A DNA stretch of 64,000 bases, taken from the NCBI GenBank assembly GCA_963675295.2, contig CAXXKJ010000002.1:480001-544000 (forward strand), in the 5' to 3' direction. Position 1 is the stretch's first letter; every line of letters starts with the position of its first letter. A program made the translations under genes and the position numbers. The notes under the pieces are model-generated. The model was not told the origin of the DNA, made no database searches, and saw nothing but the letters and a program-made list of their open reading frames with translations. Shown in pieces: positions 38,904-49,500 of this stretch. Source of the stretch: a bacterium. GTDB taxonomy: Bacteria; Electryoneota; Electryoneia; Electryoneales; Electryoneaceae.

Positions 38904-39815
38904 ATGGATTTGTCCGGCATCCCGTATATCGGCGAGATGTTCGCGCTCGGCGCACCGTTGTGCTGGGCGTTCGCGGTGATCCTGTTCCGTTGGGCGGGTC
39001 AGACGGTTCCGCCGTTCACGCTGAACCTGTTCAAGAACGTGGTCGGGTTGTTGCTCGGTGTGGTGACGGTGCTGGCGATGGGCGATCCGTTGTGGCGTTC
39101 GGCACCACTCAGCGACTACTGGATCCTGATCGGCAGCGGGATTATCGGGATCGGGATTTCGGACCTGCTGTTCTTCATGGCGCTGAACCGTGTCGGCGCG
39201 GGTCTGTGGTCGATCATCAACACCAGCTACAGCCCGTCGATCATCTTCATGGCGATCCTGTTCCTCGGGGAAAGTCTGGCTCCGGTGCAGTGGATCGGGG
39301 TGGCGTTGATCCTGAGCGCGGTGCTGGCGGTGACGTGGATGCGTGGTCCGAAGGGCGAGGTGCCGAAGAAGACGGTTGTCGTCGGGGTCGTGCTCGGGAT
39401 TACCGCGATGCTGACGCAGGCGGTGTCGGTGATCATGGTCAAGCCGCTACTGGAAAGCACCGACCTGATGTGGAATTTCGTCTGGCGTCTGCTCGGCGGA
39501 CTGGGGTTCATGCTGGTGATTCTGCCGTTCCGGCCGGACCGGTTGAAGGTGGTGAAGTCGTTTGGGAATGTGAAGGATTTGACCCGCATGCTGCCGGGGA
39601 CAGTTCTCGGTACCTACCTCTCGTTAATGTTGTGGCTGGGTGGGATGAAGTACGCGAAGGCGTCCGTCGCGAGTGTGCTCAACCAGACCAGTTCGCTGTT
39701 CATTTTTACCCTCGCGGTGCTGCTGCTGAAGGAACCGGCGACCAAGCGCCGGATCGCCGGGTTGATCGTCGGCGTGGCGGGTGTTGCGCTGGTGACGTTT
39801 GGTGGTGGCCATTGA
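38904..39815 (+). CDS. EamA/DMT family transporter
   Basis: About 10 TM helices in two repeats; LFLGE and LLKE motifs. Confidence 0.9.
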   Translation: MDLSGIPYIGEMFALGAPLCWAFAVILFRWAGQTVPPFTLNLFKNVVGLLLGVVTVLAMGDPLWRSAPLSDYWILIGSGIIGIGISDLLFFMALNRVGAGLWSIINTSYSPSIIFMAILFLGESLAPVQWIGVALILSAVLAVTWMRGPKGEVPKKTVVVGVVLGITAMLTQAVSVIMVKPLLESTDLMWNFVWRLLGGLGFMLVILPFRPDRLKVVKSFGNVKDLTRMLPGTVLGTYLSLMLWLGGMKYAKASVASVLNQTSSLFIFTLAVLLLKEPATKRRIAGLIVGVAGVALVTFGGGH

Positions 39816-39830
39816 TCATGGGAATTGCTG

Positions 39831-40820
39831 GTGACTGATATCCCCCTCCTCGGTGAAATGCTTGCCCTCGGTGCGGCGGTAGGCTGGGCGACGGCGATCG
39901 TGTTGTTCAAGACTGTCGGCGACCGTCTCGGGCCGATAGCGTTGAACACGTTCAAGAACCTGCTGGCGTTCGTGCTGATCCCGCCGACGATGCTGCTGTT
40001 CGGGCAGGAGGTGCTGGTTGATGCGCCCGCGGCGGATTACGGTCTGCTGATCCTGTCGGGTGTGCTCGGGATGGGCGTGTCGGATACGTTGTACCTGATG
40101 GCGTTGAACCGTCTCGGCGCGGCGGTGTGGGCGATTGCGAACACGCTGTATGCGCCGATGGTGGTCGTGATGGCGATGATCTTCCTCGGCGAAACGTTGA
40201 GCGTGATGCAATGGGCCGGGGTGGTGCTGGTGCTGGTGGCGTTGCTGCTGGTCGGTGGGGAAAAACGGCGGAACGGGAACGGGAAGAAGGCGCCGGACGT
40301 GCCGGTCAAGGTGCGCTCCGGACTGTTTCCGAAGCCGAAGCCGGCGGCGGCACCGGCTCACGCGCAGCTTTCACGCCGGGACTGGCTGCTGGGGCTGACC
40401 TTCGCGGTGCTCGGCATGTTGTCAATGGCGATCAGCGTGATCATCATCAAGCCGGTACTCGATCGTTCGCCGGTCTATTGGGCGACGGAGATGCGGCTCG
40501 CGGGCGGTTTGCTGTTCCTGCTGGTGCTGATTGTAGCGAACAAACGGCCGGGCTCGTTGTTCAAGCCGTGGAAAGATCCATACGTGATCAAGCGGATGTT
40601 TCCGGCGGCGTTTGTCGGGACGTATCTCGCGTTGGTGCTGCTGCAGGGCGGTCTGAAGTACACGCAAGCGAGTACGGCGACAGTGCTGACGCAAACGTCG
40701 ACGCTGTTCATTTTCGTCCTCGCGGTGGTGTTCCTCAAGGAACCGGTGAATCTGCGGCGCATCCTCGGTGTGGTGTTGGGACTGGGCGGTGCGGTGCTGG
40801 TGATTTTCGGCGGGGTGTAA
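39831..40820 (+). CDS. EamA/DMT family transporter, tandem paralogue
   Basis: Same architecture and shared motifs (IPxxGEMxALGA, MALNRxGA, FLGE, FLKE) with a longer Lys/Pro-rich central loop. Confidence 0.9.
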   Translation: MTDIPLLGEMLALGAAVGWATAIVLFKTVGDRLGPIALNTFKNLLAFVLIPPTMLLFGQEVLVDAPAADYGLLILSGVLGMGVSDTLYLMALNRLGAAVWAIANTLYAPMVVVMAMIFLGETLSVMQWAGVVLVLVALLLVGGEKRRNGNGKKAPDVPVKVRSGLFPKPKPAAAPAHAQLSRRDWLLGLTFAVLGMLSMAISVIIIKPVLDRSPVYWATEMRLAGGLLFLLVLIVANKRPGSLFKPWKDPYVIKRMFPAAFVGTYLALVLLQGGLKYTQASTATVLTQTSTLFIFVLAVVFLKEPVNLRRILGVVLGLGGAVLVIFGGV

Positions 40821-41137
40821 CGGGCTTCGTCATAAAGGAATGCGGTAGCGGTCCGTAGCCGAATAACCACCGTCTGTCCCACAGCTGTTCCTATTTTCTT
40901 GTCCCGATTTTCTCCCGGGACTGGTGGTCGGGCTGGCGGGGGTGGTGTTGGTGCTGAGACGTTCGAAACCGGCTCGTGGAGACGAAATTCGGCGAAAAGC
41001 CGAATTCAGTTTCCGTTGAGTGATTTTCGGATCTACATTGCTTGACACCCGATTTTGAGAAATTTTCAAGATCGGGATTTTCTTTACGTAGGTAGATATT
41101 GAATCTGTGAGCAATTTGATAACCTGGGGGAAGCACG

Positions 41138-43759
41138 ATGAGCCGTTCGAATGTCCTTTTCACTCGTGCCGCAGTCCTTGTGGCACTGCTGGCCATGACC
41201 GTGGCCGCATTCGCTCAAGACAGTCTGAACGTCAACCTGGCCGGGTCGTTGGAGTATGCCCGTTGGGGTAGAACCGAAGCGTTGACGGTTTCAGGCGAGT
41301 ATGCCTATGTCCAGACGTTGTATGACGGTCTGCACATTCTTGAGGCCAGCAATCCCTCCGCACCGGTGGATCTGGTTGGCTACCAGCATCCTTACGACAT
41401 TGTGAAAATGACGGTGAGCGGTTCATGGTTGTACGCGGCGGCGCAGTCCGATGGGATCGTGGTGCTGGATGTGAGCGAACCGTCTGATCCTGTGGAGGCG
41501 GGAGTATATCCCGCGCCAAACTCAGTGCAGGAATTGTTCGTGGAAGACGGGTTTCTGTATGCCGCGGCGCGGGAAGCCGGTTTGCGGATCTATGACCTCA
41601 CGGATCCGTCCACGCCGGTGGAGGTAGGATTCTGGGACAGTCCGGGAAACGAATCTATCCGGAATGTGTTTGTTGACAGGGAGTTCGCTTATCTGACAAG
41701 CATTAACCCCAAGGGCATGTGGATCATCGACGTCAGCGATCCAGCCGCGCCGGTGGAGCTGGGAATGTGGGAATATGTTTCGTCGGCATTCCCGTACGAC
41801 ATAGCCGTACGGGATGGGTTCGCGTATGTAGCGTGCGATTACTACGGGATTCGGATTGTCGATGTCAGCGATCCAGCCGCGCCATTCGAGGCTGGGGCAG
41901 TTGATGAAAGCTGGTCAAATACGAAAGGGCTTGTCGTCGAGGACGGCTACCTGTGTTCGGTGGAATACGGTGGCGGGTTTCGTGTCTTCGACCTCAGCGA
42001 TCCTGTGGCGCCGGTGCTGATCGGCACTCAGGTTCACCCGCCGGAGAAAGCGAGCAGCCTGGCAATCTCTGGTACCGATGCCTATGTCGGATTCACGCTC
42101 GGCGCGGTGATGAAGATTATCGACATCAGCCATCCCGCGCATCCGGCGACGGCGTGGTGGTTCGATGATCCTGGGATCACGCGCGGCGTCTGGTCGGTGG
42201 GGAATTATGTCTACCTGAGCAACAACAAGGCGGGTGTACGTATCATCGATGTGACGTTGCCGTGGCGTCCAGTAGAACGGGCCTTTCTGGACGGCATTGA
42301 AACGGTGTCGGACATGGCGGTGGACGGTGAGCTGGCGTATGTGAGCGCAGGCACGCGGCTGTACGTAGTGGATGTGAGCGATCCACTGGTTCCTGAGGTA
42401 TTGAGCTCCTGTGAAACCGCGAAAGGTGGGGTGGTATTCGAAGGCGAGTATGTGTATGTGACGAATTATTCCTCCGGGTTGCACATTGTGGATGTCCACG
42501 ATCCTTCGCTGCCGGTGGAGGTAGGTTCCTGGGCTCCGCCGCAGTTTACGACAGTGGGTGGTGTTGTGGTGGATGCGGGATATGCGTATGTCGCGGCGGG
42601 TGAACTTGGTGTTGCGGTGATCGACATCAGCGATCCTTCGGCGCCCGTGCTCGATCACTACTACGATCCGTGGTGGATCGGCGAAATGGGGAATATGGTC
42701 GAAGAAAACGGGTATGCGTATCTGCTGGACGAGGTTGCCGGTGAAAGCACGGGGATCAGCGTGCTCGATTTAGGCACACCGGGCGATCCCGTACTGGTAA
42801 CGTACATCCCGTCCGGACTGGATTGGACCTATGATCTCGAGGTGGAGAACGGGTATGTGTACCTCGCCCGCCGTGAGCATGGGGTATGGGTGCTTGACGC
42901 GCACGATCCGACACAGCTTCCGACGATAGGTTATTACGACGGTCTTGAGGGGAATGAAAACAGCATCGCGGTGCGGAACGGGTTCGCCTACATGGCGAAT
43001 GACGGCTACTTCTATGTGATGAACTGCCGGGACGCGATCGGTTGGGCGGGGCTGCCACCGATTGAGGTACATCTAATTGCGGCAGAGCCGGTGGTAGTGC
43101 CGCGTGGGGGAAATTTTACCTATGGCGCGCAGCTTGTGAGTCATTTGCCAGATCTGTTTGCGGTGGATATCTGGACGGAGGTGGTAACGCCGACGAACAC
43201 GGTGTACGGCCCGATCTGGCAGCTGTGGGATGTGCCGGTGGAGTCGGGAGCGATGTTGAGTGCGACCATCGGTCAGGCAGTTCCGTTGTGGGCTGCGTTG
43301 GGGGAGTATACGTTCCGGATGAAAGCGGGGATGTTTGGGATGTATGTCGCAGGGGACGACGAATTCCCGTTCGAGGTGACGACGGCGGGGGAAGGTGTGC
43401 GTGCGCCGGGTGCGCAACAGTGGGCCGGAACCGGCTACGCACAGGCGTTTGGAGTATCCGGGGGAGACGGTGCGACGGCGGCTGTTGTGGCGGACGAATA
43501 CCGGCTCGCAGGTGTATGGCCGAACCCGTTCAACGCGTCCGCGACGGTCACGGTGGAGTTACCGGAGCTGTCGGAACTGACGGTTGCGGTGTACAACGTG
43601 GCCGGGCAGCGAGTTGCGGAGTTGGTGCGTGGACGTGTCGCGGCGGGAACGCAGCAGTTCACGTTTGACGCGGCGGCGTTGTCCAGCGGGATCTATTTCG
43701 TGCGGGCGACGGTGCCGTACAAGCTGAATGCGATGCGGAAGGTGGTTCTTGTCAAGTAA
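41138..43759 (+). CDS. LVIVD repeat protein with T9SS type A sorting domain
   Basis: Signal peptide; about 14 YAYVA...GxxIxDVSDPxxP repeats; GGNFTY domain; WPNPFN...KVVLVK. Confidence 0.92.
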   Translation: MSRSNVLFTRAAVLVALLAMTVAAFAQDSLNVNLAGSLEYARWGRTEALTVSGEYAYVQTLYDGLHILEASNPSAPVDLVGYQHPYDIVKMTVSGSWLYAAAQSDGIVVLDVSEPSDPVEAGVYPAPNSVQELFVEDGFLYAAAREAGLRIYDLTDPSTPVEVGFWDSPGNESIRNVFVDREFAYLTSINPKGMWIIDVSDPAAPVELGMWEYVSSAFPYDIAVRDGFAYVACDYYGIRIVDVSDPAAPFEAGAVDESWSNTKGLVVEDGYLCSVEYGGGFRVFDLSDPVAPVLIGTQVHPPEKASSLAISGTDAYVGFTLGAVMKIIDISHPAHPATAWWFDDPGITRGVWSVGNYVYLSNNKAGVRIIDVTLPWRPVERAFLDGIETVSDMAVDGELAYVSAGTRLYVVDVSDPLVPEVLSSCETAKGGVVFEGEYVYVTNYSSGLHIVDVHDPSLPVEVGSWAPPQFTTVGGVVVDAGYAYVAAGELGVAVIDISDPSAPVLDHYYDPWWIGEMGNMVEENGYAYLLDEVAGESTGISVLDLGTPGDPVLVTYIPSGLDWTYDLEVENGYVYLARREHGVWVLDAHDPTQLPTIGYYDGLEGNENSIAVRNGFAYMANDGYFYVMNCRDAIGWAGLPPIEVHLIAAEPVVVPRGGNFTYGAQLVSHLPDLFAVDIWTEVVTPTNTVYGPIWQLWDVPVESGAMLSATIGQAVPLWAALGEYTFRMKAGMFGMYVAGDDEFPFEVTTAGEGVRAPGAQQWAGTGYAQAFGVSGGDGATAAVVADEYRLAGVWPNPFNASATVTVELPELSELTVAVYNVAGQRVAELVRGRVAAGTQQFTFDAAALSSGIYFVRATVPYKLNAMRKVVLVK

Positions 43760-43885
43760 AAGACAGGAACGGATAGCAAAAGACAGTAAAAGACAGGAAA
43801 AGACGTAACAGACGCCACAGACGCCACAGAAGCAACAGACGCCACGGACGCAGCGGGCGCAGGGATGATACCCTGCGCCCATTTT
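43757..43885. repeat. AAAAGACAGG and ACAGACGCC tandem repeats running into a terminator hairpin
   Basis: 10-mer then 9-mer degenerate repeats; hairpin GGGCGCAGGG-ATGATA-CCCTGCGCCC-ATTTT at 43855-43885. Confidence 0.8.
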
Positions 43886-43999
43886 CGTGGGGTCAGTTTC
43901 GCGGGCTGATTTTTTCAGTCATTAGCCACTTCTCGTTTGCGACTAACAATTGCGCTGTGGTATTTTATTCAATCTGCGACTATGAAGGAGGATAGAAAG

Positions 44000-45844
44000 A
44001 TGAAAACCTTGTCGCTTTGCCTGCTTGCCTGCCTGCTGCCTCTCGTTTGCTTCGCTCAATGGACAGCGCACGATGTCACCACCACCGGGGACGGTGCGGT
44101 GGATGCATTCGCCGCTGATTTTGACAATGACGGTGATCTGGATGTTGTCGGGGCGTGCGTGATCGAATGGACGGCCAGCTGGTGGGAGAACACGAACGGT
44201 CTGGGTACGGAATGGACGGAACACGTACTGCCGGGCACCGTTTACGGCATACTCAGCGTGCACGCGGACGATGTTAACGGCGATGGCGAGATGGACATTC
44301 TCGCGGCGTTTTCGGTCGATGAGAACGTTCGTTGGTGGGAAAACAACGGTGGTGGCGCCAGTTGGTCGATCCGCACCGTGGGCGCGTTGTCGGACGCTCA
44401 GTGTGTGATCAGCGCGGATGTGACGAATGACGGCGATGTGGATGTGATCGCGTCCGGCGGTGATCAGATTGTGTTCTGGGAAAACGTGGGCGGTTCGGGC
44501 ACAACGTGGAATCAGCACAACATCACAGTCGGAGTGAACTGGGTGCATCATGTCGATGTCGGCTATGTGAACGACGATGATTACATCGATGTGGTTGCCG
44601 CGACCTCGCAGGGTGACGAGGTGCTGTGGTGTGAGAACCCGGGGCTTGGTTTGCCCAGCTGGGAGCGTCGGAATGTGGACGCCGATTTCAACGGGGCCTG
44701 TTGTGTCCGTGTCGCTGACATGGATGATGACGGCAGCAACGACGTGATCGCCTGCGGGGCGGGAAACAGCCTTGTCAGTTGGTGGCGGAACGTGGATGGC
44801 GCGGGGACGTCCTGGACGGAAAACGCGGTCGGCTCCATCCTGTTCCCGGAATTTGTCGTACCGGTGGATCTGGACGCCGACGGCGACCTGGATGTCGGCT
44901 GCGCGTCCTACTCGGATACCGATATCAACTGGTATGAGAACACCGATGGAGTGGGAACAACATGGATGGCCCATGCCGTCGAATCGGATTTTGAGTCGGC
45001 ATCCAGCGTGGAAGCGTTCGACTTTTCCGGGGATGGTGTGCCGGATCTGCTCGGGACGTCATATGCGACCGACCGCATCACGTGGTGGGAATTTGATGGT
45101 GGGACGCCGGATCCGGTTGTACTGACATTGACACCGACCTCGCCGACAACCATTCCAGCGGCCGGCGGAACGCTGGTTTACGACGTTCACCTGATCAGCA
45201 ACCTGGCGTATCCGGTGTCCGGCTTGCGCTACTGGACGGATGCCATTTTGCCGAATGGGTCAACGTACGGACCGATCATGGTACAACCGTTCACGATGAC
45301 AGCGTTTATGGATGTGACGGTGCCTGATATGACGCAAACGATTCCAGCGATGGCACCAGCTGGTGTGTACCAGTTCCGTGGTCATGTGGGGTACATGGCG
45401 GGTCCGCAAGTGGGGGATTCGTTCCCATTCACCAAGCAGGAAACCGCAGTGGATAACGGCGGTGTGTCTGCGGCTCCAGACGCAGAATCATGGCGGGCCG
45501 GAGGTGTGTGGACAGTGACCGGCGATCCGGCGGAAGGCGAGAAGTTGGACTCGTCCTTGGAGAATGCCCGGATTCCAGTGGAATATGCGCTGACCGAAGT
45601 GCACCCGAACCCGTTCAACGCGTCTGCGACAGTCACAGTCGAGCTGCCGGAAGTCTCCGAGCTGACGATTGCGGTCTACAACGTGACGGGGCAGGGTGTG
45701 GCGGAGCTGGTGCGTGGGCGTGTCGCGGCGGGCACACACTCGTGTGTGTTCGACGGATCGTCGCTGGCGAGCGGGATCTATTTCGTGCGAGCGGCGGTGC
45801 CGGGCCGACTCAACGCGATGCAGAAGGTGGTTCTCGTCAAGTAA
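44000..45844 (+). CDS. FG-GAP repeat protein with T9SS type A sorting domain
   Basis: GGAGG RBS, signal peptide, 7 DxDxDGDxD-type repeats, IPAMAPAGVY domain, HPNPFN...KVVLVK. Confidence 0.92.
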   Translation: MKTLSLCLLACLLPLVCFAQWTAHDVTTTGDGAVDAFAADFDNDGDLDVVGACVIEWTASWWENTNGLGTEWTEHVLPGTVYGILSVHADDVNGDGEMDILAAFSVDENVRWWENNGGGASWSIRTVGALSDAQCVISADVTNDGDVDVIASGGDQIVFWENVGGSGTTWNQHNITVGVNWVHHVDVGYVNDDDYIDVVAATSQGDEVLWCENPGLGLPSWERRNVDADFNGACCVRVADMDDDGSNDVIACGAGNSLVSWWRNVDGAGTSWTENAVGSILFPEFVVPVDLDADGDLDVGCASYSDTDINWYENTDGVGTTWMAHAVESDFESASSVEAFDFSGDGVPDLLGTSYATDRITWWEFDGGTPDPVVLTLTPTSPTTIPAAGGTLVYDVHLISNLAYPVSGLRYWTDAILPNGSTYGPIMVQPFTMTAFMDVTVPDMTQTIPAMAPAGVYQFRGHVGYMAGPQVGDSFPFTKQETAVDNGGVSAAPDAESWRAGGVWTVTGDPAEGEKLDSSLENARIPVEYALTEVHPNPFNASATVTVELPEVSELTIAVYNVTGQGVAELVRGRVAAGTHSCVFDGSSLASGIYFVRAAVPGRLNAMQKVVLVK

Positions 45845-45980
45845 AAAGACAGGAACAGACAGTAAAAGACAGGAAAAGACGCCACAGAAGCAACAGACGC
45901 AACGGACACAACGGACGCAACTGACAAAACAGGCGATGACCCCTGCGATCCGCCAGACAGACGGCGGGTCACAGGGGCAT
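45842..45980. repeat. Same tandem repeats plus palindromic element
   Basis: AAAAGACAG and AC(A/G)GACGC repeats; GATGACCCCTGCGATCCGCC...GGCGGGTCACAGGGGCAT at 45935-45980. Confidence 0.8.
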
Positions 45981-46259
45981 TTTGTATGTCAACGGGTCAC
46001 CGGGCGTTATTTGCAAGTCAGGGGGTGGATCTGCTTCCGTATTTCAACGTCGTGAGTAGGCTTGGTATTACGACATCTTATGGCAATCAGGTCATTGTGA
46101 AGTCGCGTGTGTTTGCGACTGAACAAGATCCAGCTTATCAGCAGCGGATCATCGTGTCCGGTTCCTTTGTGGATCGGCCTGCTTTTTCTTTTCTATGTAA
46201 CCGGTTGCGGCGTGTGTTCGTCTCGTGAGTATTGAGACTCACAAGGCGGAGGTTGTCCG

Positions 46260-47981
46260 ATGAAACTCGCGCACGGGTTGTTTCTTCTGCTGTTTGTCCC
46301 CCTGTTCGTATCCCTCTCCCAGGCGTCACCCCGATTCGTGGAACACATCGTCACCGGAACCCTTTCCGGCGCGGTATCGCTGGATGTGGTGGACATGGAC
46401 GGCGACGGCGACCTGGATATTGTGTCCTGCGGCCAGAGCAGCAGCAACATCGGCTGGTTTGAGCAGCAGCCTGACCGGAGCTTCACGTCCCACCTGGTGC
46501 CGATGGGGTTCAACGGCGCGTACTCGGTAGCGGTGGCGGATTTCAACGAAGACGGGTTGATGGATTTCGCGACGGCTTCGTTCAGCGACACGCGGGCGGA
46601 TGTGTGGCTGCAGCAAAACGATGGCACGTTCAGCAACCAGGTGCTGGAAATCAGCTACCCGAACGCGCACACGGTCGAAGTCGCGGACATGAACGAAGAT
46701 GGGCACATCGACCTGCTGACGATGGGCGGTGGCACGCAACCGTTACGGCTGTACCTCAACGACGGCTCAGCGAATTTCACGTTGAACGTGGTGCATGAGA
46801 TGAATTATCGCGGGCAGGCGTGCCGACCGGTAGACTTCGACGGTGATGGCGACCTCGATATCCTCAGCAACAATTTTGATGGCGGCCGGTTCCATCTGTT
46901 TCGCAATGATGGCGAGGAAAACTTCGCGTTGGAGTTGATCGGAATCCGTGACGGCGCCCACTGGATCATCGCAACCGACCTCAACGACGACGGCGAGCTG
47001 AACCCGGTGACAGTCGCCTATTCCGAGGGCGAGCTGGCGTGGTGGCAGGAGAGTTTCGGGTTCTACAACCGGTACACGCTGGATGATGACATTGCGTTCG
47101 GGGTGTACGCCGAAGCGGCGGATTTTGATCTCGATGGCGACATGGACCTGGTCGCGACCTCGGAATCCGGGCACATGCTGGCGTGGTACGAAAACGACGA
47201 GATGGAATTCACGCGCACGGTTCTTTCCGGCAGCTACACGTTCGCGGGGGAAGTGTTCCCCGTCGATTTCGATCAGGACGGAGACATCGACATCGTTTCG
47301 GCGGCCAAGGGACGCAACCGTGTCAGCTGGTGGGAACTGGAGTCAATCAACCCGCCGACAGCGTTCGATCTGACCACCCCGGCCGGCGGCGCGCACCTGA
47401 ACACGGCGGACGGGATCACCGTCGAGTGGACGGAATCCGTTGACAACGACCCCGGCGCAGAGCTGACATACACGATTTCGCTGGGACTGGTGGTCGCTCC
47501 GGAGGATACGAGCTGGGTGGTGCTGGACGGAATCGTCATCACCTCGCAGACGATCAACCAGGCGGAGTTGTGGCAGGATGTTGAACCGGGCGACTATGAT
47601 GGCGTCGTGTTCGTGGAAGCGTTGTCGCAAGGCGATGCGGTGCGTTGCAATCAGGTCGCCGAAGTGACGGTGACGGTGGCGGCTAGCGGGGTGGACGAAT
47701 CCCAGTCGCAGCCGGATAGATTCGCGCTGCTAGAGGTGTATCCGAATCCATTCAACGCATCGGCGACGGTGACGGTGGAATTGCCCTCGGCGGGTGAGCT
47801 GACGGTTGCTGTGTACAACCTCGCCGGGCAGCGAGTCACGGGATTGGTGAACGGGCAGGTCGCGGCCGGAACACACGAAATTGCGTTCGACGGATCGGAC
47901 TTGGCGAGTGGGATCTATCTCGTGCGGGCCACGGTGCCGAGCCAGATGAACACGATGCGGAAGGTGGTTCTCGTGAAGTAA
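46260..47981 (+). CDS. FG-GAP repeat protein with T9SS type A sorting domain
   Basis: GGAGG RBS, signal peptide, 7 FG-GAP repeats, Ig/FN3-like spacer, YPNPFN...KVVLVK. Confidence 0.92.
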   Translation: MKLAHGLFLLLFVPLFVSLSQASPRFVEHIVTGTLSGAVSLDVVDMDGDGDLDIVSCGQSSSNIGWFEQQPDRSFTSHLVPMGFNGAYSVAVADFNEDGLMDFATASFSDTRADVWLQQNDGTFSNQVLEISYPNAHTVEVADMNEDGHIDLLTMGGGTQPLRLYLNDGSANFTLNVVHEMNYRGQACRPVDFDGDGDLDILSNNFDGGRFHLFRNDGEENFALELIGIRDGAHWIIATDLNDDGELNPVTVAYSEGELAWWQESFGFYNRYTLDDDIAFGVYAEAADFDLDGDMDLVATSESGHMLAWYENDEMEFTRTVLSGSYTFAGEVFPVDFDQDGDIDIVSAAKGRNRVSWWELESINPPTAFDLTTPAGGAHLNTADGITVEWTESVDNDPGAELTYTISLGLVVAPEDTSWVVLDGIVITSQTINQAELWQDVEPGDYDGVVFVEALSQGDAVRCNQVAEVTVTVAASGVDESQSQPDRFALLEVYPNPFNASATVTVELPSAGELTVAVYNLAGQRVTGLVNGQVAAGTHEIAFDGSDLASGIYLVRATVPSQMNTMRKVVLVK

Positions 47982-48183
47982 TAGACAGGAATGGATAGTA
48001 AAAGACAGGAAAAGACAGGAAAAGACAGAGAAAAGAGAGATCCTTCACTGCGTTCAGGGCGTCACCTTTTAAGGGCGAACGCTACGCTCAGAATGAAACC
48101 ATGACGGATCGTGATGAGGCTGTGGCGGTGAACATGCCTATATTCCGGAGAATCAAGCGGGTTCAATGACCCTGAGGTGCTTC

Positions 48184-49248
48184 ATGCGAGCAGCCCTGTT
48201 TCTTTCCCTTCTTTTGGCGGCGTTTCCGCTTCAGGCCCAGTACATCACGCAATCTTGGACGCAAACCCTCTGGATGGATCTGAACGTGAACGAAGCGCCG
48301 GTTGCGGCGATCGCGCCGGATGGTTCTGTTTACTGCGCGGGCGCGGGAGATGAGAGTATCTGGTGCACTGCGCTCGATTCCACCGGCAGCATTGCGTGGA
48401 TTCAGACCCCGACATACACCGATTTCGAGTTCCCGGAATACAACGTGCGTCTGGTGCTGGCAAACGAAGATGGTTTGCTGCTGGCGTGGAACGGCACCCT
48501 GTGGGAGTGGGGCTCGATGGAGATGTATGTCTCGGCGTTCGATGCGGATGGTACGGTGCACCCGGAGGTGTATCTCGCTGAATCAGGAACCGCGCGTGCC
48601 GGCTGTTACTCGAATGGAACGTTCAAGATTCTGCGTTACAACAACGGCAACACCTCCCTATTCAACCTCAACTCGCTCGGCTACATAATCGGTTTCACCA
48701 CGCTCAGCCGCGAAACGTACCCCGGCAAGCATTTGACGGCGTTCGCGAATGGGAACCGGCCCACAATCACCAGTATCGCCCTGCTCGGCAGCCAGCTCGG
48801 GGTGCTCAACGAGCAGGGGACGGTGATTGCGCGGCCGCCCATACCGCATCACCTGAACTTCAAACGGATCTACCAGGCATCGGAAAACAGCGTCTACCTG
48901 GTGACGGACGAGTATGGCGGCGGTCTGGCGAAATTCAGTGGCGGGAGTGAGTACGAGTGGACGCGTCCAATTGCATTCACCGATCCGTTGTCACAGGCTG
49001 TAACCTACATGGCGGGGAATGGATTCGTGGTCGCGTCCCAGGAGGGCGGCGAAGTAAGGTTCACATGCTACAACCTTGAGGGGATCGAGGTGGGGCAGGA
49101 GGTGTTCGATTTCGAAGGTGCACTGGTCACACTGGTGGCGGGGCAGAACCAGGATCTAGTGTGTGTTGCGAACGAAAGGTGGATCGGATCGCAACATCTC
49201 TGGCGGTATCACGTGGGGGAGTTTCCGCAGAATGGGCCGGGCCGGTGA
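48184..49248 (+). CDS. Secreted beta-propeller-like protein without CTD
   Basis: GAGGT RBS, signal peptide (LQA-Q); IAPDGSVYCAG resembles VATDGTIYVCG of 3796-5250. Confidence 0.75.
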   Translation: MRAALFLSLLLAAFPLQAQYITQSWTQTLWMDLNVNEAPVAAIAPDGSVYCAGAGDESIWCTALDSTGSIAWIQTPTYTDFEFPEYNVRLVLANEDGLLLAWNGTLWEWGSMEMYVSAFDADGTVHPEVYLAESGTARAGCYSNGTFKILRYNNGNTSLFNLNSLGYIIGFTTLSRETYPGKHLTAFANGNRPTITSIALLGSQLGVLNEQGTVIARPPIPHHLNFKRIYQASENSVYLVTDEYGGGLAKFSGGSEYEWTRPIAFTDPLSQAVTYMAGNGFVVASQEGGEVRFTCYNLEGIEVGQEVFDFEGALVTLVAGQNQDLVCVANERWIGSQHLWRYHVGEFPQNGPGR

Positions 49249-49302
49249 AGAGCTGAGATACCAGATATCGTGACAAGAGACAAAGCCCAAAGACTTGTGA
49301 CC

Positions 49303-49348
49303 GATGACCCCTGCGATCCGCCGGACAGACGGCGGGTCACAGGGGTAT
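49303..49348. repeat. Palindromic element, near-identical to 45935-45980
   Basis: GATGACCCCTGCGATCCGCCGGACAGACGGCGGGTCACAGGGGTAT. Confidence 0.85.
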
Positions 49349-49500
49349 TTTCAGATGGAACCAACCTTTCAGCGTTGCCGTAAAACAAGAGCGTAAGCGG
49401 AGGTGAGTTCGTCACTTACGAGCTCGGTTCGGCCGTGATTACCGCTTGCAGCGAAGCCTCGCAGACGTGTACTTTCTGGCTTGCACTGGATGGACATCTC

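Noticed and set aside
48037-48097. GAGATCCTTCACTGCGTTCAGG...GCTACGCTCAGAATGA, resembling a widespread small palindromic repeat
   Set aside because: Single degenerate copy in the window; identification rests on recall only
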